The notes: generated by a model not told the origin, from the sequence alone. A DNA stretch of 64,000 nucleotides from Orbicella franksi (GCA_964199315.1 OZ116701.1:21824001-21888000), one strand, 5' to 3'. Positions 24,485-37,648 are shown, counted from the first letter of the stretch. Translations and numbers: made by a program.

Positions 24485-26586
24485 GTGACCTCTCACACAA
24501 AAATGTACACTATGGCTATCCGTTTGAACGCTTAAAAACCGTGCACTTCCCATCTGGCGTCCATTCGTGATCAATGGGATGCCATTCAAACGGACTGGAT
24601 CATCCGTTCAGAAAAAATTCTAGTCGTTCGAATGGCTGCTGCTATCCGTTCGAAAAAATCTTCATCAATTCGAATTTCTGAGGTTATGCGCTCAAAAAAA
24701 TCATCTTTTCGAACGGCTGAGGTTATCCGTTCCAAAAAATTGTCATTCATTTAAACGGCTGAGGTTATCCATTCGAAAAAAAAACTGCAGCTGTTCGAAC
24801 AGCTGATGTTATCCACTTGAAAGGAACTGCGGTGGTTTGAACAGCTAATGTCGCCCGTTTGGGAAAATAGTATTCAGCTGTTTGAACAGCTGCTGCTATT
24901 TGTTCACACAAAACTGATCAGTTGTTCGATTGGCCAGTGGTATCTGATGGGATTCAGGCTTTTGAAGGGCTGAAATTATCTGTTTAGAAGGAACTTTATA
25001 AAGCCGCCCAAATGGCTGTGTTCGTTTAAAACAAACATTCAACCTTTCCAATTCAAACGGTCACGTTTGGCCATTCTGAGAGAAAAACTTTATTTAAAAT
25101 CACAGTTCAAGAAATAAATACTTTGAACAGATGTCATAACGGCTCATGTTATGCTGTGTTACGATTGTTTCAAGCGGATTGTCAAGGAAACTTTAAACGA
25201 TAGCAATTAAACCCGCACAACACGAAAGCCCGCTCACAATTTTCACTTTAACAGTGAAAAAAGTTATTTTGAAAAAGAGACGAAATGTTTTCTTTCTGAA
25301 TTTATGTTTGATGGGACTACCAATGTTGACAAAGGAAATTATGCAACAACCACTGTGACAGGTAACGCAACACGATAACAACAGCCAATCCATATCAATC
25401 GCTAGGACAGAACATTACGTTGTCGTGGCAACTACACAATAATTATTTCGCATATTACTTCTATAAGGTATTCCATAATTATCATAATTATCAAACTCGC
25501 GCGACCTTCAGCATGACGGATTGCGATTTTTGGAATTAGTCAACAGTGGGGGGATTGAAGTGAAGGTTAAGGTTTCTAGAAGATGGCTGTGGGTGTTCTC
25601 GAGGAGCGAATGGTGGCTACTGCTCTCAGCATTTTCAGGAGGAAGCTGTACTGTCTAATTTAAACAACTGCCTGGAACCATCCAGTGGAGAACTCGACCT
25701 GGTTATATTGGCATCCATCCAAGTGTTCACCAGGATCAACATCATTGGCAAAAAAAGAAAGCGAAATGCAAGATGCAGTTTCCTTTACCTAAACTGTCCT
25801 ATGTGCAAAGAAATGTTCTTAAACCTTTATGGGATAAGCTATTCATGTTTTCGCATATTAAAAGAACATTACGAAGAACATGGAATATGTCAAAGGGTCC
25901 ATGGAAACAGCAAAATATTACCTCACAACACTTTGCCACAAGCTGTAACTGCAAATTTCCGCACATTATTGCGAAGAGACAGATTCAGGTCTGTGATGGA
26001 AAACAATTATTGCCGGTTCTATTCTGTTAAAAGCTTTTGGTGTCCATTTCTAAGTTTTGTCAAGTTTTGAAAGCAGAAATGAAGAAGTGTGTAATAAGAA
26101 TTAAAGCTATAGACCTACGAAAGGGGAGCAAAAACTTGTCCTTTATCAAAACATAAAGATCTCTGGCATTTTCACCATTTGTTCAAGATGAACCCTTTTC
26201 TTCGGCCCTTCTAATGCCTGGAATAATATGTTCCAAATATTTCTCTAGCCATTCGAATGGGTGGCATCATTCATTCAAAATTTTTTGTCAGCCGTTTGAA
26301 TGGCTGGCATCATCCGTTTGAAATTTTTCGTTAGCTCTTTGAACAGCTGGCATCACCCATTCAAAATTTTTTGTTTGCTGTTCAAATGGCTGGCGTCATC
26401 CATTTGAAATTTTTCCAGTGCCGTTCGAATGTTAATAGCATCTGTTCAAAATTTTTCTTTGGCTGTTTGAATGGTACTTAAAATCATTGTGAACGGCTAG
26501 AACATCTGTTTGCTATCCGTTTGTTAGCCGTTCGTTTTGACCGTTTAACAGATATCCATTAGTGAAGTTTTCTTGTGAGAAGTCAC
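24485..26586 (+). mobile_element. Sola-like DNA transposon, internally deleted
   Basis: ATAT|GTGACCTCTCACA ... TGTGAGAAGTCAC|ATAT; arrays of CCGTTCGAACGGCTG-like subterminal repeats; transposase-like fragment 25708-26000 (CKEMFLNLYGIS..HYEEHG..RVHGN); superfamily call tentative. Confidence 0.55.
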
Positions 26587-26739
26587 ATATGATCTGGAGC
26601 CCCGTTCTGTGCATTTGTAGTAAAGCGATCAATTAATAAGTTTGCAACATGTTTAGGAAAACTGTTCCACAATAAAAACTTTCTTATTAGCTTGAGCTCC
26701 GTTTTAATATTGTTGGGAGTGCAGATTCGGTGTACGCAG

Positions 26740-27535
26740 TCAGTCAGTGCTCTAACCCAAGAAATCTTGTGTCGCCAAGGGACAAAACCTTCAAAATTAG
26801 TGTACTGTGTGGTAAAAGTATCTTTTCCATAGATGCCAAGGCCATCACTAGTGATGTTGATGTCCAGAAAGTGCAGAGTGGTAATTTGTGAAGCATCTCT
26901 TCCTCCAGTTTCTCATCCCATTCTTTCTCTGAGGCCCACAATAATTCTTGAAGGAAGGGTTTTCCTTGAAGAGTTGCAGGAGTAAAGAATCCCAATGGGT
27001 TGAAAACTGCAGTGATGGAATTTAGCACTTCTCTTTTCAAGGAATATTCTGTTGGTGCAGGATCTTTGACAAGCAGTTGACTTTGACAGTGTTCCACAGT
27101 ATTCCAAGGACTATGGTTAGAGTTTCCTTTACTCTGTCCTGCTCTGGAATTGACTTCAGAATTTCCTTTGAGTTCAACCCCCATTCTCTTAGATTCATGG
27201 ATGCACGTTGAACTGCTTCCTTTGATTCTGAATAAAATGCTTTTGTTTCTTTACCTGAGTTGACACCAGTCAAAAGATTGTCCACATACAAGCATTTCAT
27301 AATCTTCTTAGATTAAGTAGGAGTTCCAACTTGTTCCAAGTTCTGTAGACTGATGGCTCCAAGCAGAAAGGGACTTGAGATCACTCCAAATGGGGCCCTT
27401 GTAAAGCGATAAATTTGGCTTAGTGGAATCTTTGAGCCACAGGAATCTAGTGACGTCTCGATCTGCAGACTGGAGGCCTACTTGCAGGAGGGCCTTTTCA
27501 ATGCCTGCTGTTAAGGAAACTTTGTGAGTCCTTAA
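26740..27535 (-). pseudogene. BEL/Pao RT-RNase H fragment
   Basis: IEKALLQVGL..DRDVTRFLW; LYVDNLLTG; MNLREW; VLGILWN; KREVL..VFNPLGF..WDEKL. Confidence 0.85.
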
Positions 27536-27961
27536 TCGTATGAAAAGGCCACTATTCCACTTTTTGCAGTGGAAGAGTAAATTTAAAGTAAAATGTAAAT
27601 GTGATTTTATCCTTGGTGATATTAACCTCGCTCTACTACCACCTGTCGCTGAGGATGATATAACATTTTACATTTCAACTCTAAATTTACTATTCCACAG
27701 CAAAAAGTTAAAGAAAAAGTTCAATGTTCGTTTGTTTTGGCCACGTTTTTGGTTCCTTAGTAGCCCTGCCTGAAGCTTAGGAATGGGGTTGAGTTCACTC
27801 TTTGTACGTTTTCGTCATTTGGGTTAGTTCATAACTGTTTTCACATTGTTGTTTAGAGCACTGATATCTCTCGCTGTTCAAATTACTATCCAGTAGTTTC
27901 ATGATGGTAATAAAAGTTGTTGGAATTTTGAAGTTTGTGTCTTCCTCTTTTCAGATAAAAA

Positions 27962-29134
27962 CTATGATAACTTTTCTACTCCTTTAATTAGTGTTACATG
28001 GACATCAAGTGTTTCATTTACACCATTAGGTGGGTGCAATCCTAGTGCATTCATAACAGTCAGGGCAAATTCTTTGAACTCTTCACTACAATCTGCCAGG
28101 CACATGGTTGATTCATCAATGAATTCCTCAAGTTCTAACAGGTACTTTGTAGTCTTCAAAGTTGTATACAGTAGGTGGGGAAAAAAACACGGAGTCTGGT
28201 CTTCCTCTTGGGCTGCTGCTATTCCAAACATGCTTGAAGCTATAGGATGTTGGTCCAACATCTCAGCCACTTGATGAAGCTCATTTCTGAAAATTTGCAT
28301 GAAACAAAACCGAATACATTCCAAGTGCACTAGGTCTGAGCTGATAAAGAAACCTAGGTCTGACAAATCTTTAAAAACGAAATCCACCAACCAGGACCAT
28401 CCTTTACAAATTGTGACCAACAGGATTTCATTCTTTGATTTGCAGTAGATGTGCCAATAGTGAAACATCCCAGGCCACCATTTTCATCATTGTGGGATGA
28501 CCTGAGGAATGTAGGAAGTGCCTCAATTGTGCTGTTTTCAGTCCCATCATCAGATCTAATTTTCCTGGGTACACAACCTAAATTGCTTCACAGCATCAAG
28601 GTTGTACTAAGCAATCACTTCTGGGTTCTTATTTGTGGGGCGCACCTCCAAGCACAGAAGTCTTCTTGAAAGCCTGTCGATACAGCCATGCACACTGAAC
28701 CCAAAAGGCTTTAATTTGTCATGGCCATCAGTATGCCATATAAAATTTGGCCTTTTTGCATGATATGCTCTGCAACGTAATCTCTTCTTTTGCCTGCCTT
28801 CTACGCCATCAGGATCAAGTTCCCTGAGAAAACTCATGACCCTTGCTCTTTTGACAATAATTCCCTTAATTCTGAGCTGTGCCAACAGCTTGCTGTATCG
28901 CACAAAACAACCACTTCTACCAAGTTCCTTCTAGATGGCACTTCTCAATTCATCATCAGGGACAAAATTTCTTCTTAATAATCCTAAAGAGGTAAGCCTT
29001 CCCTTTAGAGTCGAGAAGCCAATGTTTATGCCATGGAGCTTCAAAATATTCAGGTATTTCAAGGTGGTTGTAGCCATGTTTGAAAAATGGAGATACAAAC
29101 TCCAAGGAATCCATGTATACACTGGCAAAGGCAC
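27962..29134 (-). pseudogene. DDE transposase of the integrase-core / IS3EU type, frameshifted
   Basis: HGINIGFSTLKGRL; FLRELDPDGV..RR..Y..PNFIWHTDGHDKLKPFGFSVHGCID.LSRR; PRKIRSDDGTEN; FKDL.D.G..HLECIRFCF..EL. Confidence 0.82.
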
Positions 29135-29244
29135 GTTCTACTTTGTAAATTCAGTTGCACACAAAATGGCTGTGTTAAAATTCCTGCCTTTTTATCAATC
29201 TGAGAGAGACTGGTGATGTCTCACAAAATTGAAACTGAACTGTG

Positions 29245-29400
29245 AAAAATTAAAAATGGACTGCGAAGAGAATAAAACTAGACTGCAAAAACTGGACTGT
29301 GGATAGAATAAAACTACAAAATTAAACTGGACTGTGAGAAATTAAAGCTGGACTGTAAAGAATTAAAACTGGATTGTGAAAAATTAAAACTCGACTGTGA
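29245..29400 (+). repeat. Subterminal ~20-bp tandem repeats of the IS3EU-like right end
   Basis: About 7 imperfect copies of AAAATTAAAACTGGACTGTG. Confidence 0.75.
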
Positions 29401-29594
29401 GTCTTCTGGGCCATCATAATTGAACGGGTGAGTGCAAAACCATGCTAAGTGACAATTTTGGGTGAATTTTTTATCTTAAAAGTGCTTGGCCTTCAATGTA
29501 GTAGAAAAACATGGTCCTGTATTTTTGCCTCTGTTTTGGCTTCACTTTCAAGATACAATGTATGCAAAAAATACTCAACTTCAAACACAGTGAA

Positions 29595-30070
29595 ATGTTG
29601 ATTTCACGAAAATGCATAAGCTCAAAGATGTTGATTTTACTTCAAACACAACAAAATGTTGATTTCACAAGAATGCATAAACTCAAAGATGTTGATTTCA
29701 CAAGAACGTGTAAACTCAAGGATGTTGATTTCACGAGACTGCATAAGCTCAAAGATGTCGCTTTCACTTTAAACACAGGAAAACGTTGATTTCAAAAGAA
29801 TGCAAAAACTCAAAGATGTTGATTTCATGAGAACGTATTAACTCAAAGTTGCTGATTTTACAAGAACGCCCAAGCTCAGATGTTGATTTCACTTCAAAAA
29901 CACTAAAATGTTGAATTCAGGAGAACACATGAGCCCAAAGAGATGTTCATTTCACTTAAAGAAAACAGTTAAATGTTGATTTCATGGGAATGTGTAACCA
30001 CAGAGATGCTCATTTCACTTAAAAAACACTTCTATCTTGATTTCATGTCAACGGGAAAGCTCAGAAATGT
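29595..30070 (+). repeat. Imperfect ~33-bp tandem array
   Basis: Repeated ATGTTGATTTCACAAGAATGCATAAACTCAAAG units interleaved with shorter variants. Confidence 0.85.
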
Positions 30071-30468
30071 TGATCGCAATACATGCCGGGAAGGTTCTCT
30101 ACAACTCACACCCAGGAAGCATGGATCTCGATGCAAGACATATTTTATCACACTAAAATCAGTTCTCGCTTTCCAAACTTTGACGACAGCAATGCTTCGC
30201 AAATGGGCCACAACTCATGAGAGGATTGCTTTCTTGGGCAAGACTTGCTCTTTGACTTTGCTGTCTGGATCAGGCTGACTTCAAACACCGATACATTGAT
30301 TGTATCAGTTTGTTCAAACATCAGAAAGCACATTTTGGTTTTTTAAAAAAACATGCTGGTGACTTACGGGTTGTAGTGTATTGAGCCAGCGGTTGACATT
30401 ATGAGCATGCGCACTTATGCGCATTCTGTTCCATGTGCTTCGATTGAAATAAACCAAATACATGACAG

Positions 30469-30480
30469 TGGCGACGAGGA
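30469..30480 (+). promoter_or_regulatory. Primer-binding site, complementary to a tRNA-Ser(GCU)-type 3' end
   Basis: TGGCGACGAGGA, 1 nt after the 5' LTR; complement ends ..CCTCGTCGCCA; tRNA identity from memory of metazoan tRNA-Ser. Confidence 0.75.
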
Positions 30481-30506
30481 TGAAGTCGTAGGAAAACGTT
30501 GAAAAT

Positions 30507-33500
30507 ATGACTGCTATCGGGAAGATAGAGAGTTTTGATGAGACACAAGAGAAATGGGAAACTTATGCGGAATGTGTAGAACAGTTTTTCTTAGCAAATA
30601 ACATCCATGAGGACCGCCAAGTGCCAACCTTGTTAAGCTTGATCGGCAGCAAAACGTACACATTGTTGAGGGACCTTCTTTCACCGGATAAACCAGCCAC
30701 GAAGAGCTTCCAAGAAATCGTCACGACCCTTCAGCAACACTTAAGTCCTAAACCATTGGAAATAGCAGAACGCTTTCGTTTTTACAAACGAAATCAGCGA
30801 GAAGGAGAAACCGTGTTGGCCTACGTAGCAGAACTGAAGAAACTAGCGACTCACTGCAATTTTGGCACGAACCTTAACGAAGCTTTACAGGATAAATTGG
30901 TCTGTGGCCTTCAAAATATGCAGATACAAAGGCATTTGCTTTCAGAAGCAAAACTGAAATATTCCAAGGCTTTGGAGATAGCCGTAGCGATGGAAACTGC
31001 CGTTCGTGATGCTTCGGAATTGCACAGTGAGCTGCATGCAGAACCTCGAGTTGACAAGATCTCAGATAATAGCAAACCACCGCCACCGCTGCCGCCGCCG
31101 CCGCCGAACCTCATGCCTAAGGGTTGCTATCGATGCGGAGGAGACTCGCACGCATCACACAATTGCAGATTCAAGGACCAGACATGTTATCATTGTGGGA
31201 AGGTGGGCCATATTTCCAGAGTTTGTAACTCGAGACGACAAGGTAAGCCAAAGCAACCACTCAAAACACCACAAAACACTCAAGTCCATACTGTTCAGTA
31301 CAGTGAAAGTGATGAATTTGAAGATGTGTTAGGAAGCATGAAGATACACAATGTGAGGAAACCAAGCAGTAATGTAATCTGGGTAGATCTGAAAGTAGAA
31401 GGGAAACCGTTGAAAATGGAACTGGACACAGGCTCGGCTGTGTCGATCATTCCACATGATTTGTACGAGGAGAAATTTAACGACAAACCCTTGCATAAAA
31501 CTGAACTAATGTTGAAAACCTACACGGGGGAAAGCATTGTTCCACTGGGAGTGCTTAAGGCAAATGTTGAGTACAAAAGTCAGCAACCTTTACTGTTGGA
31601 TCTGTATGTGGTTAAGAATAAGGGCCCTGTGTTGATGGGAAGGGATTGGCTCTACAAGATATGCCTGGATTGGTATGCTATTAAATCACTGAAAGCTTCA
31701 CAAACCCCACCAATTGCTAACGAACGTCTGCAGACCATGCTAGACAAATACTCTGATGTTTTTGAAGATAAACTGGGAACATTCAAATCAGCTAAGGCAA
31801 GGCTAACCCTCAAAGAAGATAGCCAAGCTCATTTCTGCAAAGCTCGTGCCGTACCTTACGCCTTGAGGCCCAAGGTTGAAGAAGAACTGAGAAGACTTCA
31901 GAATGAAGGTATTCTCACGAAAGTTGAGTGGAGCGACTGGGCAACGCCCATTGTACCTGTCCCAAAGAAAGATGGGTCTGTCAGAATTTGTGGTGATTAC
32001 AAAGGCACAGTGAACCCAGAACTACAAGCTGAGCAGTATCCTTTACCCCGCATTGAAGATATCTTTGCAAAGCTTAGTGGTGGGCAGAAATTCTCAAAGA
32101 TTGACCTTCGTCAGGCATACCACCAACTAGAGATGGAAGAAGATTCCAAGAAATACCTCACCATCAACACACACATGGGCCTGTTTCAGTACAACAGACT
32201 GGTGTTTGGCATCACATCAGCACCTGCAATCTGGCAGCGCACCATTGATCAAGTGCTGGAAGGAACATCTGGCACAAGCTGTATCCTTGATGATATGATC
32301 ATTACTGGCAAGGATGACGCAGAACACCTGGCTAACTTAGAAGAAGTTCTACGACGGCTTCAGCTTCATGGGTTGAGAGCAAACAAGGCAAAATGTGAGT
32401 TTTTCAAGGAGAAGATAACTTATTGTGGACATGACATCGACAAAGATGGCCTACACAAGTCAGCAGAGAAAGTAGAAGCAGTATTGAATGCGCCACGTCC
32501 AAACGATGTAGTTGAAGTGAGATCTTTTCTCGGGCTAATCAATTACTATCACAGGTTCTTGCCTAACCTGTCGACAGTAGTACATCCCCTGACACAACTT
32601 TTGGAGAAGAATCATCAGTGGAAATGGACAGAACAGTGCGAGATAGCATTCCACAAAGTGAAAGAAATGATCACGTCAGAGCAAGTTTTAACGCATTATG
32701 ATCCCAGCCTACCACTAAGGCTTGCTTGTGATGCATCCCCTGTCGGTATTGGAGCGGTGCTATCTCACGTGATGCACGATGGTACCGAGCGACCCATAGC
32801 TTTTGCTTCAAGGACACTCACCAAAACTGAGCAAAAGTATGCACAGATTGACAAAGAAGCCTTGTCAATAATCTGGGGGGTAAAGAAGTTCCATATGTAT
32901 TTGTTTGGCCGCTCTTTCACATTGTACACAGATCATCAGCCCTTAACGTCAATCTTTCATCCGCGGAAAAGCATCCCTGTAGTCACTGCAGCTCGACTGC
33001 AACGTTATGCCTTGTTCCTGGCGGGCTATGATTACACAATTGAATACAAGAACACTAAAGTTCACAGTAATGCCGATGGTCTTTCCCACCTTCCACTCGT
33101 AAAGGAATCCAGAGATGAAGAAGTTGTCGACCCTGTGGGTGTATTTAATTTGATGCAGTTTGATCCACTGCCAGTCACAGTGGATAACGTGAGATGAGAA
33201 ACACAGAGAGATCCTGTTTTGGCTCAAGTGTATGAGATGACCAGCAAAGGTTGGCCACACAACACTGCTCCTGCACTCAACCCCTATTTTGTTCGCAAAG
33301 ATGAGATCACATTACAATCAGGCTGTCTGATGTGGGGAATAAGAGTTGTAGTACCTCCAAAGTTGCGCCCTCAAGTTCTCGAGGAACTGCATCAGGGACA
33401 TATGGGGGTCGTGACGATGAAGGCCCTCGCCCGAAGTTACATCTGGTGGCCTGGAATCGACAAGGAAATTGAACTGACGGTTAAGTCCTGCTCAGGTTGC

Positions 33501-34502
33501 CAACTAACACAGAGAGAGCCCAGTACAGTACCAGTACACGCATGGGAGTGGCCTTCGTCCCCCTGGCAACAAATTCACATTGATTTTGCAGGTCCGTTCC
33601 TCAACAGCATGTTCTTGGTGGTAGTGGATGCACATTCAAGATGGCTAGAAATAGAGAGAATGACTAGTACAACCTCAGAGAAGACCATTGAAGTCCTTCA
33701 GAAATTATTTGCCAGATATGGAATACCAGCCCAGTTGGTAAGCGATAACGGATCGCAATTTACATCAGAAGAGTTTCAGCAATTCCTTAAGAGAAACGGA
33801 ATCAAACACATCACGTCAGAACCTTACCACCCTGCCACCAACGGGTTGGCGGAACGCGGTGTGGGGAGCTTCAAAAGTGCGATGAAGAGCGAAACTGAAG
33901 TGAAATCCTTGAATCTTAAGTTGGCAAGATTTTTGCTGGCTTATCGGAACACTCCCCACTCAACCACTGGAGAGCCACCATCCCAGTTGTTCTTGGGAAG
34001 AAGATTACGCACTCGACTGGACCTTTTAAAACCAGATCTCAGCGTCCAGGTAAACAACCGTCAGATAGACCAGTCTGTCGCCAAGGGTGGTTCTGTAACG
34101 CGGCATTTTTCCATTGGCCAGAGAGTAATAGCACGAAATTACAATGGAAAATCAAAGTGGGTACCAGGTATTGTGCATGCACAACTAGGACCCCTGTCTT
34201 ATGAAGTGGAGATTGGGCCTAACTTAGTTTGGCGTCGACACACAGACCAAATCAAAGATTCCAATGTTACTGTTGCAGACAACCATACACCAGTTATCCA
34301 GCCGTTGCTCTTCCCGCCCCCAGTTGAATGCCACGGTGACCAAGTAGCTGAGCCGCCTGAGCAGACAGAAACCGTCCCATGGGAAACGTGTTTTCAGCCA
34401 TCCAATCCAGGGGCTAAACCTTCAGTTAGCAGCCTGCCAAGCCAGATTGAACATGTTCCTGTTAGAAGATACCCTACCAGAGAGAGGAAGCCCCCAGCTT
34501 GA
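30507..34502 (+). pseudogene. Gag-PR-RT-RH-IN polyprotein with one in-frame TGA (33195-33197)
   Basis: Two CCHC knuckles, LDTGS, ILDD, CDAS, HQGH..CSGC, DFAGP, SDNG, NGLAER; ORFs 30507-33197 and 33219-34502 are in the same frame. Confidence 0.95.
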
Positions 34503-35809
34503 CTGGACCTTTGAACATTGAACTGCCCATTTCTAAGGCTCTGACTTTATTTTAAGAATAGCATGTTGTGTTGAACTTTTGGGGTACGAGACTGGCTTAA
34601 GGGGGAGGAGTTGTAGTGTATTGAGCCAGCGGTTGACATTATGAGCATGCGCACTTATGCGCATTCTGTTCCATGTGCTTCGATCGAAATAAACCAAATA
34701 CATGACACGGGTTTATCAAGGCTCTATGATGCTTCTCAACCAGGCAGGCAGGCATGCAAATATGTACTTTAAAAGAACACTTCAATTGTTACTTGACGGA
34801 GCTCTAAAGCATCCCATCTCTTTTCTGTTCCACATCACAATAACCGATCTAAACAATGTTTCCCAGATTCCTGCTTTTTATGCTATTCTTCAACTTCCAA
34901 GGAAGATAGCTAACTGATACTGCAGGATTTGATTTTGACTTCAAACACTATAAACAAAAGCTGCATTTACACATCATATTAATAAGACACCACCTTCATT
35001 GCTCCAGAGAAAGCTATTTTGTCACAGGGAGACTTTCTTCCAACGATGTGCAAACGAGTGAGAAAAGTCCAGGTCAGTCAATTTACTGAGAATGAGGCCC
35101 TTCATTTGAGATTTGTTCAACAAATAAACTCCTAAAGACGCAGCTAAGAAAAGCCAAGTGTTTTTGCATATGTTATAGCTTAAAAACAAAGCAAAAACCA
35201 GCAACAAAAATACACAACAATTTTCTTCTATTACATTGATGACCATATGCAAAAATTTAGGCACTTTTGACCAAAAAAAATTCACCCGCATCGTCACTTA
35301 GCATGGTTTTTACCAACCCTTCAATTATGCTTGATGAGGATAAAAAACTTTGGTGGCTCTTTTAATGATGTCATATGAAAATGCTTTAAAGGATTACAAT
35401 CAAGCACCAAAGAAAAACGTTTTTAGCACTGTTGACTTTGTCCTTGAGGAGTTAAGGTCAGCTGAGTTGTTGGACCAAAAAGAAGTTAATTACCTTGGTA
35501 CAAAAAACTACAAATCATCTCTGTTTCCTGATTACATCTTTCTTCTGAGAGTTATTTGTTTAGTGCATCACTCCAGCATCAAACTATAATGATTCTAAAA
35601 TTATTGCGCACTAAACAAAAGTGACACTATTAATGAAAATTATATTTGGTATTTCTATCTGTTGATTATCACCATTATAATTTCACTTGTTTGCTGTTAT
35701 TTTTTACAATCAGTAGTTTTTATCCTACAGTACAATGATTGATCCTGCTTTAGTATCTCTTAATTCATATGTTCAATTTTACTCTAATACTGCTAGGTAC
35801 CCTTTGAGA

Positions 35810-36165
35810 CAAAAAGATAGACTTACTTTAAAGAAGAACAATGCTTGAACAAACACTTTTCAGCATAGTTTTTTAATTGTATTGTAGACATGTGGAATTT
35901 GCCACCATTTATAGTTAGATCAGTGCTTAGTATTTCAAGTTTTGAGCATGGTGTAATGAGCTTCTTAATGAATACCAACTGAACTGGTTAGCTTATATAA
36001 TATATTAATTTTAATTTTTTTTCATATATTTATAATGTAGGTGGACTGTCTGAGTGTGGGGTGTATGACTCCTTTAAGGACTACCCTTATTGGATCTCTG
36101 TTTTTGTTGATTTGATGTGATTAAATTGTAATAAATAAATAAAGAAAGAAAGAAAGAAATAAGTA
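35810..36165 (+). mobile_element. CR1/L2-type LINE 3' fragment
   Basis: FQHSFFN.IVDMWNLP-like terminal peptide, then an (AATA)n(AAGA)n tail at ~36130-36160. Confidence 0.55.
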
Positions 36166-37648
36166 TACACTATAACCAATGAAATCATGCTATGCCTATA
36201 CAAATAATTTGTTAATTTGTTACACACAGTTATGACAGTTATAATAAGTTGCAAACTGATGAATTCTATTTAACACCATTATTATAACTTCTGTTGAAGC
36301 CACAAAGAGAGTGATAAATCTCTAATACTGAAGAAGACATTTTTACATCTCTTTGAGACTTAAGCTTCCTACTTTATAAATAATGCAGATATCATCATCA
36401 TTCCAATAATTAGGGACCTTAATATATCAGGACAGGACAAGCTAGTGTAGGATAGGTACAGGAAGTAAATTTACACAACCAGGCCTGTGCAAGAGAACTC
36501 TCAACTCATCTCTCTGCCATCCTCTTCTCATCAAGGATGCCATACCAAGCACTTAGCCATGGTATCAAGAATGTAAGTATTTCACTCTTGTTTTGGTTTA
36601 ACAACTGTTCCAATCCATGTTATTGTCAGTTATGTTGACGAAAATGTTTATTAAGTTTGCTTTTTTTTGTGACTGTAGAGTAAAAATAATATGGTGGAAA
36701 ATGTGATACTATATTCCTTGTCTGCTCATGTTTTTGTCACCAGTGGATGTAATTGTGGAAGAGCAAAAGAAAATATGCATCAAGAATAAATCAGTGTTAA
36801 GTACAGTTTAGATAATTTTGCACAAGTGTCTTGAAAGCATCTATTGAGTGAAACAAACAAACTGGACCCAATTGAATTCAATCCATGAAATTGTGTTTGA
36901 GCAAGTTTGACAACTGAACCTAATTGAACACATTCCAATGGATTGTGTTCGATTGTTTGGTGAATAAATTCCCTTGAACAAAGGTCATTTTATGTGGTCT
37001 GAGAAACACCACAAACACATGTTATACTGAGGGTATTTCAGCCTCCTAAAATGTTTTACTGCTTTTCAACACCAGTTTTACAAAAATCAAGAGTTTGCAA
37101 ATCACGCACTAGATTGAGTTCAATTGTCCAATTTTGTGTATTCAACTTCGTTTGATTGCCGAACTCAATCCATGGATTCAGATTGATTGAAATTCACTTC
37201 AAATGGGTTTGATTGACTAAGCTGGGAATATTATATGTACACCTAAAGTCAGGATTCTCAAATGCTCTGGTGGCAAAAAGCCATCTGACACAGGTTTATC
37301 AGATCATTTGCATGTATACATGTAATTTCTTCATAAAGATATTCTAGATTCATTATTGAATACTGACAGAGACATTTGCCTCATATACATAAAGAAGAAT
37401 AAATTCAGGGTCATCTCTTTACCATCAATAAGGCTTAAAAAGATAAGATTTCTACCATCTATAGAGGATGTCATCATTGGTTGTGTGAAAAGCTTTTGCT
37501 ATTGATTTCGCTGTCCTATATGAAAATACACATCTTAAGCATGTAGTCTTTGGTTACAAGACAGATCCTGCAAAAGTTTCCCACATCCACTGCTTTTCCT
37601 GTCCTTGTATCTTAAGGTCCTTACTACTATTGCCGTTACTGTAATTAC

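Larger units (their letters stand above)
19130..29418. mobile_element. IS3EU-like DNA transposon carrying two convergent genes; left end truncated; many secondary insertions
   Basis: ~50-bp inverted repeat, 19130-19180 (TTTTTCACAGCTCAGTTTTGATTTTGTGAGTTGTCACCAG) versus 29202-29251; right end CTGGGCCATCATA; encloses a HECT gene (+) and a DDE transposase (-); no TSD found. Confidence 0.65.
30372..34707 (+). mobile_element. Young full-length Ty3/Gypsy LTR retrotransposon (Mag-like)
   Basis: 96-bp TG..CA LTRs (30372-30467, 34612-34707) with 1 mismatch; 5-bp TSD CGGGT; PBS; PPT AAGGGGGAGGAG 34599-34610; single gag-pol frame. Confidence 0.97.

Noticed and set aside
29595-30070. Regularly spaced repeats as a CRISPR array
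   Set aside because: Units are degenerate tandem copies without unique spacers; no cas genes; eukaryotic context
31080-31108. Polyproline / CCG repeat as a separate gene feature
   Set aside because: It is a short low-complexity linker within the Gypsy Gag
33195-33197. Programmed stop-codon readthrough between RNase H and integrase
   Set aside because: Known readthrough sites lie at gag-pol or pol-env junctions; the codon fits CGA-to-TGA decay, as do 55680 and 58349
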